A DNA stretch of 38,991 bases from the NCBI GenBank assembly GCA_946530505.1, contig CAMNAD010000001.1:1-38991 (forward strand). The letters run 5' to 3'. Made by a program: the position numbers and the translations under genes. The notes under the pieces are model-generated. The model did no database searches and was not told the DNA's origin. It was given only the letters and a program-made list of their open reading frames with translations. This document shows, piece after piece, positions 8,485-16,702 of this stretch. The first letter of the stretch is position 1, and every line of letters starts with the position of its first letter. The DNA comes from an uncultured Bacteroidales bacterium. Its GTDB lineage: Bacteria > Bacteroidota > Bacteroidia > Bacteroidales > UBA932.

Positions 8485-10176
8485 CTAATTTGCATCAAGG
8501 CCCAGATCCTTAACAAGATTCAGTACCTCGGGGTTGGTATTCATCAATTCTTGTGCCTTTTCTGCAGGCATATACACTTTAGGTGCCGATTCTTCGGCCG
8601 GTTTCACTGTCACGAACAGGTGAACCCTGCCATTGCCGAGTATCCTCGCAAAACTTGTCTCCATGGTACGGAGCAGCCCGTTTTCGATCCAGTTCTTCTG
8701 TGCCTCATTGGTAACCTCGAATTTGACGTTCTTGAATCCGTCTTCTTCGCTGAAAGAGAGAGACGCACTGTTCAAGGCATACTCCAGCCTGGGCTTCCCC
8801 TTGGCACACTCAGAGACAAGTGCAGGCCACTTCGCCCGGATTTCGTCATCCGTGGGGATTTTATGTTCAGAATCTGCGGAAAGCCCCTTCTGAGCAGGTT
8901 CCGCAACAGGGGTTTCCGTATCTTCCTCTCCGGAAAGGAGGCCGGACATCACCTTCCTTGCACGGCTGCCGCGCTTTGGAGCCGCTTCTTCAGCAGGTGC
9001 CGTGGCTGTGACGTCTTGCTGTGCGGGAGCTGCGGTCTTGACCGGAGCGGCGGCAGGCTTCGCAACATCTTTGCCTTCGGGTACGCCGCCAAGGAATGCC
9101 AGTTTCATAAGGGCATATTCGATGTGCAGGCGCTGGTTGGTGCTGGACTTATACCCTGCCTCGCAAGCAGTCGTAATGCCAAGGGAATCATAAATATACT
9201 GGATGGTACAGCGCCCTGCCTGCTCACGATAGCGTCCCTTGAGCGACTCCGGCAGGTCGAGCAATGAGTCCAGTCCTCCGGTACGCGCAACAAGCAGATT
9301 GCGGAAGTGTTCCCCTAGCGCCGACACGAAATGCAGAGCATTGAAGCCCTTGGAAAGGATATCGTCAAATTCCAGAAGCGCGTGGGCATAATCCTTGGAC
9401 AGGAAGAAATCCACAAGCCTGAAAGTATAGTCGTAGTCCAGTACACCAAGATTGCGGATCACATCTGCATAATGGATGTCATTGCCGCAGAAAGCGACAG
9501 TCTGGTCGAAAATTGTAAGTGCATCGCGCATGGCGCCGTCCGCCTTCTGGGCAATCACGTGCAGGGACTCATCATCCACCTTCACTCCCTCCTTGTCCGC
9601 AATCCCACGGAGGTTCCGAACCATATCGGAGATGCCGATACGGTTGAAATCGTAAGTCTGGCAGCGAGAGAGAATTGTAGGGAGAACCTTGTGCTTTTCG
9701 GTCGTACAGAGAATGAAAATGGCATATGACGGCGGTTCTTCCAAGGTCTTGAGAAATGCATTGAAAGCGGCCTGGCTGAGCATGTGGACCTCGTCGATGA
9801 TATACACGCTGTAGTTGCCGACCTGCGGAGGTATCTGCACCTTTTCCATCAAGGTCTTGATATCCTCGACACTGTTGTTGGAAGCGGCATCGAGTTCGTA
9901 GATGCAGTAAGAGCGCCCTTCGGCGAAAGAAACGCAAGACTCGCACTCCCCGCACGGTTCCATATTGTCGGAAGGATGCAGGCAGTTGATCGTTTTGGCA
10001 AATATACGCGCCGTACTGGTCTTGCCTACTCCGCGAGGACCGCAGAAGAGATAGGCGTGGGCCAGCTGGCCGCGGAGAATCGAATTCTTCAGCGTCCTGG
10101 CTATGTTGTCCTGTCCGATAAGGGTTTCAAATGAATCCGGACGGTACTTGCGTGCAGATACTATATACTCACTCAT
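8485..10176 (-). CDS. dnaX: DNA polymerase III subunit gamma/tau
   Basis: ARKYRP, GPRGVGKT, Zn-binding cysteines, IIDEVHML, SRC motif. An Ala/Pro-rich linker precedes the C-terminal domain. Confidence 0.97.
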   Translation of the reverse strand: MSEYIVSARKYRPDSFETLIGQDNIARTLKNSILRGQLAHAYLFCGPRGVGKTSTARIFAKTINCLHPSDNMEPCGECESCVSFAEGRSYCIYELDAASNNSVEDIKTLMEKVQIPPQVGNYSVYIIDEVHMLSQAAFNAFLKTLEEPPSYAIFILCTTEKHKVLPTILSRCQTYDFNRIGISDMVRNLRGIADKEGVKVDDESLHVIAQKADGAMRDALTIFDQTVAFCGNDIHYADVIRNLGVLDYDYTFRLVDFFLSKDYAHALLEFDDILSKGFNALHFVSALGEHFRNLLVARTGGLDSLLDLPESLKGRYREQAGRCTIQYIYDSLGITTACEAGYKSSTNQRLHIEYALMKLAFLGGVPEGKDVAKPAAAPVKTAAPAQQDVTATAPAEEAAPKRGSRARKVMSGLLSGEEDTETPVAEPAQKGLSADSEHKIPTDDEIRAKWPALVSECAKGKPRLEYALNSASLSFSEEDGFKNVKFEVTNEAQKNWIENGLLRTMETSFARILGNGRVHLFVTVKPAEESAPKVYMPAEKAQELMNTNPEVLNLVKDLGLDAN

Positions 10177-10183
10177 AAGATTA

Positions 10184-10212
10184 CAAAAATAATAAAATAA
10201 AGTGTAAATTTG
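10184..10212. promoter_or_regulatory. Back-to-back divergent -7 promoter elements
   Basis: TATTTTTG on minus (10184-10191, 7 nt before the dnaX ATG) and TAAATTTG on plus (10205-10212, 5 nt before the GTG at 10218), within a 41-bp AT-rich spacer. Confidence 0.7.
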
Positions 10213-10217
10213 CCTCC

Positions 10218-10895
10218 GTGAGAAACACTAAGAAAAAATATTTGCTTGTTCTGCTCCTCGTCCTTTGCGGAGCGGCCGCATACGGACAAGGACGCATATA
10301 TACGCGCAAGGCGCGTCTCGAAGACTTTCCCTCCCGCACGACACGTGTGGTCCTGACCGGTCAGGAGCTGTTCGATGCAGTATTGAAAGAAGAGATAACC
10401 AGCCGCTGGATGGTTTCTCCATATGAGTTCTGCACCGTAACCGATTACACCCGCGACCGATACACCAGTCTCTACTATTTCGTACGCTTTACCTTCGATG
10501 CCGATTTCACATATATGACGCTTACAAAAAGCGGAGATCCGGATGATGAAAACCAGCTGAGGCAGGGTTTCGACGTAGTGATGATTCCAATAGCACCGGC
10601 TTATATGACGGGGGGAGACGAACTGGTGTATCTTCCGGCATATATCGACATCCTGCAGGAATACATCAACAAGGCGATGGAGTCAGACAAAGTGGCCTAC
10701 CGCGGGCTGAAAGCCATATGCTCAAAGCCTGTCGGACCCATACACACCGAAAGGCAGACGGCGCTGGACGCATTCCTGGCTGCCAGGCCTTTCGAGAATT
10801 GCAGGATAGAAATCACGTCCTCCTCTTCCGACAAAAAGATAGAGATGGTCATCTCGACCGACACCCACGAACTCCGCAGCATCAAGAGAAAATAG
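10218..10895 (+). CDS. Hypothetical exported protein
   Basis: 225-aa ORF filling the gap, N-terminal signal peptide, promoter immediately upstream, 1 nt from the next gene. No family recognised. Confidence 0.8.
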   Translation: MRNTKKKYLLVLLLVLCGAAAYGQGRIYTRKARLEDFPSRTTRVVLTGQELFDAVLKEEITSRWMVSPYEFCTVTDYTRDRYTSLYYFVRFTFDADFTYMTLTKSGDPDDENQLRQGFDVVMIPIAPAYMTGGDELVYLPAYIDILQEYINKAMESDKVAYRGLKAICSKPVGPIHTERQTALDAFLAARPFENCRIEITSSSSDKKIEMVISTDTHELRSIKRK

Positions 10896-10896
10896 C

Positions 10897-11526
10897 ATGT
10901 CCTCCCCACTTGAAAAGTACCTGCTCGCCCACAGCACTCCGTTCGGAGACGATCTGCAGAAAATAGAGGCGGCGACCCACATGCATACCAACTACCCGCG
11001 CATGATGTGCGGGCCGGTACAGGGAAGGCTTCTCACGATGCTCACACGGATCGGCGGCGTCCGCAGGGCTCTCGAGATAGGCACATTCACCGGCTATTCC
11101 GCCGCCTGCATCGCCTCCGGCCTTCCGGAAGACGGTCTGCTCGACACCCTTGAGATAGACGACGAACTGGAAGACATGATAAGGAAGGGATGGAGGGATG
11201 CCGGCCTGGAAAACAGGATACGGCTTCACACCGGCCCCGCCCTGGAGACGCTGACAAGGCTTCCCGGGCCCTACGACCTCGCCTACATCGACGCCGACAA
11301 AAGAGAATACATCGACTACTACGAAGCCATCCTCCCCAAACTCCGTCCAGGCGGGATCATCATCGCCGATGACGTACTCCTCGGAGGCAAGCCCTACGAT
11401 GAAAACTGCAGCGATGCCAAGACGCAAGCTCTGCGCGCCTTCAACGAGCACGTAAAAAACGACCCCCGCGTGGAGGTCGTCATCCTGCCGCTCAGGGACG
11501 GCATAAGCATCATAAGGAAGTTCTGA
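10897..11526 (+). CDS. SAM-dependent O-methyltransferase (Methyltransf_3, caffeoyl-CoA OMT/YrrM-like)
   Basis: LEIGTFTGYSA, YIDADKREY, GGIIIADDVL, LPLRDGI. Confidence 0.92.
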   Translation: MSSPLEKYLLAHSTPFGDDLQKIEAATHMHTNYPRMMCGPVQGRLLTMLTRIGGVRRALEIGTFTGYSAACIASGLPEDGLLDTLEIDDELEDMIRKGWRDAGLENRIRLHTGPALETLTRLPGPYDLAYIDADKREYIDYYEAILPKLRPGGIIIADDVLLGGKPYDENCSDAKTQALRAFNEHVKNDPRVEVVILPLRDGISIIRKF

Positions 11527-12940
11527 ACATAGGCAGCGGGAGTCCGTTGTCGGTGACTACGTTCGCCTCCCCGGGCCAGTTGTGAAAGGCATAGCGTGCC
11601 GCCACGGGAGAGGGGACCTCGGGGCAGGAAACTATAATATCGTTCGTCTTCCAGTCTATCTCCGCAGTGGCGTCGTGCCAGACTCCGTCCTCTCCGGCAA
11701 TCTCGAAGCCCTTCAGCACCAGTTTCTCCTTCGGGCCGTGAACTCGGAAGCAGTTCCCTATGGTGGACACCCCGTCGAAACTCAGCCGGATACTGCCGCC
11801 TTCGACTTTCATGCTCCTGTAGGTGGGCGTCACCGGCAGGTCCCGTACACCGTAATCCCTTGCCAGGGCGAGCCATGCCAGCCTCTCCCCCACTTCCTTC
11901 TTGTACGGCGGATGGATGCAGTCCCTGTGGCCTATGTCCGTAGTGGCCGCAACTGCGGAATGCGGCAGCAGGCCGGGGATCCTGTATTGCTGCTCGACCA
12001 GCAGCGGGAGACCTGTGCCGTCCGGATTGTCATAGCTATGGGGCGCTATCTGCACGAGATAATAAGGCATCTCGGGATTTCCCCAGAGAGTACGCCATTC
12101 GTTCACCATCGCCACCGTCAGTGCCGCATAATCGCCGGCATTCACCAGGTTGGCTTCTCCCTGATACCAGATAAAACCGCGAGCGGTGAACCTGCGAAGA
12201 GGATAGATCATCCCGTTATAAAGCTGTCCGGTATGCACCACATCCCAATACAGGCTCTTGGACAGTGGAAGATTGATTCCGGGGATGGATTCCAGGGTTG
12301 CGACGCTCATCCACGCCTCAATTGGAGTTCCGCCCCATACGGAGGCCACCAGTCCTATGGGGACATCCGGCATGAAACGGGAGAGCGTCTTTCCGAAATG
12401 ATAAGCCGTGGCGCTGAAATAGCGGAGGGCGTCGGGAGTGCTCCTTTTCCACTCCCCGGTGCAATCTTCCTGAGGGGTGTCGGCATTGTGCCTTTTCACG
12501 GTGAACATCCTGACCAGAGGGGTGGACGCAGCATCGTTGATGGTCTCGTATGCGTCTTTAACTCTCTGATGATCCCAGCCACCGAGAGGCATTTCCATAT
12601 TGGACTGGCCGCTGCATATCCAGACTTCGCCGACAAGGATGTCGTTCAGGAGTATCCTGTCGCCGTCGCTGATACTTATGCTGTAGGGGCCTCCGGCCTC
12701 CGGAGTGGACACTTTTACGCTCCAGTTGCCCCCGGCATCGGGTTTCGCGCTGTATTTGGCACCGTTCCAGGACGTGACCACCTTCACGGCCCTGTCGCCG
12801 TCGGTGGCACCCCAGATTTCGACCACGCTGTTTCTCTGCAAAACCATCCCGCTCCCAAGCAAGCCGGGGAGCGTCACTTTGGCTGCCGCGCCGACCCCGA
12901 GGGACAGCATTGCGGCCAGTATCAGGACAAATCTTTTCAT
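11510..12940 (-). CDS. Sialate O-acetylesterase (SASA/SGNH) family carbohydrate acetylesterase
   Basis: GEVWICSGQSNM (catalytic Ser), WYQGEAN, DCIHP (DxxH) and a signal peptide. Confidence 0.92.
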   Translation of the reverse strand: MKRFVLILAAMLSLGVGAAAKVTLPGLLGSGMVLQRNSVVEIWGATDGDRAVKVVTSWNGAKYSAKPDAGGNWSVKVSTPEAGGPYSISISDGDRILLNDILVGEVWICSGQSNMEMPLGGWDHQRVKDAYETINDAASTPLVRMFTVKRHNADTPQEDCTGEWKRSTPDALRYFSATAYHFGKTLSRFMPDVPIGLVASVWGGTPIEAWMSVATLESIPGINLPLSKSLYWDVVHTGQLYNGMIYPLRRFTARGFIWYQGEANLVNAGDYAALTVAMVNEWRTLWGNPEMPYYLVQIAPHSYDNPDGTGLPLLVEQQYRIPGLLPHSAVAATTDIGHRDCIHPPYKKEVGERLAWLALARDYGVRDLPVTPTYRSMKVEGGSIRLSFDGVSTIGNCFRVHGPKEKLVLKGFEIAGEDGVWHDATAEIDWKTNDIIVSCPEVPSPVAARYAFHNWPGEANVVTDNGLPLPMFRTSL

Positions 12941-14364
12941 TCTGCGGCAAATATAGCAAAAGTCCGGGCAGGAAGAATGAAATCCTGCCTGTCGGAGGCG
13001 GGGGCGGGCCGCTTCTCAAGTTTGTCGGAATAGAACTGCAGGCTGTAGCCGCTGCATTCCTCAGGGAGTTTCAAGCTGATTTTCCTGTCCTTGTCTCCGA
13101 AGTTCACCATCGCCACCGAATAGCTGCCGTCCGGGGTCCTTGCAGCCGTCGCGGCAACGCCTTCGGGAAGGGACTCCCCAATGCGCAGTATCTCGCTTCC
13201 CGAGGGGAAATTGCGGCACATCAGACTCCAGCTGTAATACCACGGGCGGATTTCCTCCTGGGAAGGATCCCCGAACACTTCACTTCCGAGTATGTTCCAC
13301 ATACCCCAGAGCTTGATATCCTCGGTCTTTCCCGAATCTCCGGAGGAATGCATGGCATCGTCCAGCATCCAGGCAGCTGCGCCGGAAAAGCCGGAATTCA
13401 TCACGCTGATCAGCAGCAGCGGCATGTCGAGGGCGTAGAAACTGTCGTATACCAGCATGTTGCAGTCGGAGCCCCTGGTAAAGGGATGCCCTTCCACACG
13501 GCGCCAGTATTCTGCGGCCAGGGCGGAATCCGCGGGGTCGGAGAAATACTTGAACCCGGCTTCTCCGAGTATTATGGGCTTGTCCACCAAGGCCTTGAGT
13601 TCCTTGAGCCGGGCACAGAACTCTCCGCTCCTCACATATCTCTGTCCCGGATAGGCGTGCATGTCGTAGATGCCCACCTCAGGCACACTTTCCACAGTTG
13701 CTTCCAGCCATCCGGCATAGTCATATTCGGAGTCGGGATTGCTGTAGTCTATCACCGCATCCGGGCCGGCGATGTCCACCTTGTCCTTCAGGCCGGCATA
13801 CTTGTCCATTTCGGCGCGGAATTCCTTCACCATCTTCTTCCAGAAGGCGAAGTCTCCGTTCGTGGAGGCCCAGTTTCCGTCGGGCTCATTGAAAATCACG
13901 AAATGCCTGATGCAGTCGAAGCCATTCCCGTTGACCAGCCAGTCAAGATGTTTCACCGAAGCCTTCACCCAGGCTTCGGAGCCTTTCATATCCCAGGACG
14001 GAGGATTGTATTCACCATAGACGACCATCACTCCACGGCTCTGGCAGTATTGCAGCAGCTTCTTCAGGCCGTCCGAATTGCGTCCGATATCAAAGCCTTT
14101 GCCGTCGTAGTAGGTGAAGGGGCTGTTGATCATGCAGCGCACATACTGCGGACGCATGTAGTCCAGGCGCTCGTAGAGTGTGTTCCAGTCAGCGTCCGAG
14201 AGCGGGCTGCCCCAGGAGAGCGCCTCATCGTATGGGTCCCATTCTATCCCGTTTCCGAGATAGCAGGGATTGATGACATCTCCGGTAACCGTGACACGGG
14301 TGATATCGGTGCAGGAAACGGCGGCCATTGTCAGACAGGCGATAAAAACGGACAGTCTTTTCAT
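12937..14364 (-). CDS. Clan GH-A glycoside hydrolase lipoprotein (GH5/GH30-like, family uncertain)
   Basis: Lipobox AVSC, FNEPD acid/base, DMHAY, ILGEAG nucleophile, AAWMLDD and a beta-rich C-terminal domain. Confidence 0.8.
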   Translation of the reverse strand: MKRLSVFIACLTMAAVSCTDITRVTVTGDVINPCYLGNGIEWDPYDEALSWGSPLSDADWNTLYERLDYMRPQYVRCMINSPFTYYDGKGFDIGRNSDGLKKLLQYCQSRGVMVVYGEYNPPSWDMKGSEAWVKASVKHLDWLVNGNGFDCIRHFVIFNEPDGNWASTNGDFAFWKKMVKEFRAEMDKYAGLKDKVDIAGPDAVIDYSNPDSEYDYAGWLEATVESVPEVGIYDMHAYPGQRYVRSGEFCARLKELKALVDKPIILGEAGFKYFSDPADSALAAEYWRRVEGHPFTRGSDCNMLVYDSFYALDMPLLLISVMNSGFSGAAAWMLDDAMHSSGDSGKTEDIKLWGMWNILGSEVFGDPSQEEIRPWYYSWSLMCRNFPSGSEILRIGESLPEGVAATAARTPDGSYSVAMVNFGDKDRKISLKLPEECSGYSLQFYSDKLEKRPAPASDRQDFILPARTFAIFAAE

Positions 14365-15530
14365 TTTACGGATATGTTTTCGGCTGGGACGTACATGTCG
14401 GGAAGATCATTGCAGAAGAATGTGTCCGAACGCTCATACATGGTTTTGAACGAATTCTCGGACACGTGTCCCGGGAAGACCGAGAAATAGTGGCTGCCCT
14501 GTTCCATGGGGTCGTATTTGTTGCGCCATGTAACCAGCAGGCTCATCTTGCGGTTCGCCATGGGAGCCGCTATGTTGGTGGTCCAGTAATCTTCCTGTTT
14601 GAAACCTTCCACTCCGGTTTCGGTGACGCCGGCAGGTTTCATCTTGCCGGAGGACAACTTGCCGAGCACCTTGAGATTGTTCACGAAAACATTGTTGTTG
14701 ATGCCCTGATAACAGTCCATCCCTATGAAATCGACATATTCATCTCCCGGCCAGCGGAAGAGGAAATCGGATTCGGTCCTGGCCTTGTCCATCTGGGGAG
14801 AGATCGCATAGATGAAACTGTGCACTCCGGAAGCCTTCATGTAGTTCACGAAATACTGCCAGAGTTCCTTGAATTCCTTTTCGGTCGTGCAGGAGGATCC
14901 CCACCAGCTCCATTCCTGGGTATGCTCGTGGAACGGCCGGATTATTATGGGGATATTCTTGCCGTCGGCTCCTTTCAGGTTGACCGCAAGCCTTGCAAGA
15001 CGGTCCAGCCAGGAATTGAACTTGGTCCTGACGGCGCTGCCCTCCTTGAGTATTTCGGCGACCACCTGCCTGTTCGAGTTGTCCCAGGCATCTCCGCCGG
15101 TCAGAGGGTTGTTCAGGTGCATACAGGCGATAATCACCATTCCGCGATTATAGGCATCCTTCATGCACCTTATCCGGAGAGCGTTGTCATCGAGTTCGGT
15201 CTCGGCTCTCTCGTCCATGAATGAAGCCAGGTCCAGGGCATAAACTGCAGGATAATCCCCGCATACAGCCTTGGTGTCCGAAGCTCCCTGTTCGCCATAC
15301 CATTTGCGGCCATACATCAAATCGTCGTGATGGCCGAACATCCAGCCCTTGTCCCTGATAGCCCAGAGATTCGAATAAAGGGCCTTGGTTTCGGCGGTGG
15401 CGGAAGGATCGGCCATGCTCAGCACCACTTCCCCGGCTTCCGCAGGTTCTTCTTTGCCGCTTTCCGGTTTGCTGCAGCTCAGCAACAGGGGTGCCGCCAT
15501 CAGGGCGGCGATAACTAAACTCTTCATCAT
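14361..15530 (-). CDS. GH26 beta-mannanase lipoprotein
   Basis: Lipobox LLSC, FGHHDDLMYG, RPFHE acid/base, WSWWG, GMDCY, VTETG nucleophile, TWRN. Confidence 0.93.
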   Translation of the reverse strand: MMKSLVIAALMAAPLLLSCSKPESGKEEPAEAGEVVLSMADPSATAETKALYSNLWAIRDKGWMFGHHDDLMYGRKWYGEQGASDTKAVCGDYPAVYALDLASFMDERAETELDDNALRIRCMKDAYNRGMVIIACMHLNNPLTGGDAWDNSNRQVVAEILKEGSAVRTKFNSWLDRLARLAVNLKGADGKNIPIIIRPFHEHTQEWSWWGSSCTTEKEFKELWQYFVNYMKASGVHSFIYAISPQMDKARTESDFLFRWPGDEYVDFIGMDCYQGINNNVFVNNLKVLGKLSSGKMKPAGVTETGVEGFKQEDYWTTNIAAPMANRKMSLLVTWRNKYDPMEQGSHYFSVFPGHVSENSFKTMYERSDTFFCNDLPDMYVPAENISVK

Positions 15531-16702
15531 TCAACTGTTATGTTTTCCGCCATGACGTACATGTCAGGCAGGTCTTCGCAGAAAAAGGTGTCCGGACGGG
15601 AATACATTTCCCTGAAAGATCCCTCCGACGGATGCCCGGGGAATACCGAAAAGTAGTTCCTGTCCTGTCCCATCGGAGAGTATTCATTCGTCCATGTAAC
15701 CAGCATGCTCATCTTGCGGTTCGCCATGGGAGCCGCTATGTTCTTTATCCAGTAATCCTCTGCGGAAAAATGCTCTACGCCGATTTCTGTCACGCCGGCA
15801 GGCTTGAGCTTTTCTTCGGACACCTTCTTCAGGAGTTTGAGGTTGTTCAGGAATTTATTGTTGTTCAGTCCCACATAGCAATCCATTCCCATGAAATCGA
15901 CGTAATCGTCCCCGGGCCAACGGTAGGTAAAGTCCGATTCCGTCTGCTCGGAGTTCATGGCGGGAGAAGAGGCATAGATGAAATTATGCACTCCCCTGGC
16001 AATCATTCCGTCCACCAGATACCGCCATAAAGCCACGTATTCAGCAGCCGTCGTACAGGAACGTCCCCACCAGCTCCACTCATGGCCATGTTCGTGGAAA
16101 GGACGCAGGATTATGGGGATCTGCACCCCGTCGCCGCCTTTCAGGCTCCGCGAAAGCGCGGCCAGATTGTCCAGCCAGCTGTCGAACAGGATATTGGTTT
16201 CACTGCCCTTTTCGAGGATGGAAGCGGCCACCTTGTTGCTGGAGTTGTCCCAGGCATCGCCCCCGGTAAGAGGGTTGTTCAGATGAAGGCAGGCCATCAC
16301 CACCATTCCGCGGTCGTAGGCTTCCTTTATCGTACGGCGTTTCACCGGATTTTCCAGAGTATCCTGGAAAGCCGCCTTGCGCCCGTCCATGAACGAGGCT
16401 ACGTCAACGGCGAAAACCGCAGGATAATCCCCGCACACCGCCCTGGTGTCGGATCCGCCCTCCTCATATTCCCAGTTCCTGCCACAGACCAGGTCGCTCT
16501 GATGCCCGAACATCCACCCTTTCTCCCGGATGGCCCACAGGTTGGAATACAGGGCCTTGGTCTCAGGGGTCGCTTCGGGATCGACCAGCTTCAGGACTGT
16601 CGTTTCCACTTCGTTGTCATCCTTCTCCGCAGGCCCATCCCCCTTGCAGGAAAAGCAAAGAGGGATGGCTGCGAGAAGAATCGGTATCAGGTAACGCTTC
16701 AT
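15527..16702 (-). CDS. GH26 beta-mannanase-like lipoprotein (paralogue)
   Basis: Lipobox CFSC, RPFHE, WSWWG, GMDCY, VTEIG. Colinear with the neighbouring GH26. Confidence 0.92.
   Translation of the reverse strand: MKRYLIPILLAAIPLCFSCKGDGPAEKDDNEVETTVLKLVDPEATPETKALYSNLWAIREKGWMFGHQSDLVCGRNWEYEEGGSDTRAVCGDYPAVFAVDVASFMDGRKAAFQDTLENPVKRRTIKEAYDRGMVVMACLHLNNPLTGGDAWDNSSNKVAASILEKGSETNILFDSWLDNLAALSRSLKGGDGVQIPIILRPFHEHGHEWSWWGRSCTTAAEYVALWRYLVDGMIARGVHNFIYASSPAMNSEQTESDFTYRWPGDDYVDFMGMDCYVGLNNNKFLNNLKLLKKVSEEKLKPAGVTEIGVEHFSAEDYWIKNIAAPMANRKMSMLVTWTNEYSPMGQDRNYFSVFPGHPSEGSFREMYSRPDTFFCEDLPDMYVMAENITVE

Noticed and set aside
8485-10176. Programmed frameshift in dnaX producing a gamma subunit
   Set aside because: No A-AAA-AAG slippery site or long A-run was seen near the linker or its hairpin.
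11510-12940. Sialic-acid utilisation inferred from the sialate O-acetylesterase family name
   Set aside because: No sialidase or nan genes are present. SASA-family esterases act on diverse acetylated glycans, and the context is mannan-related.
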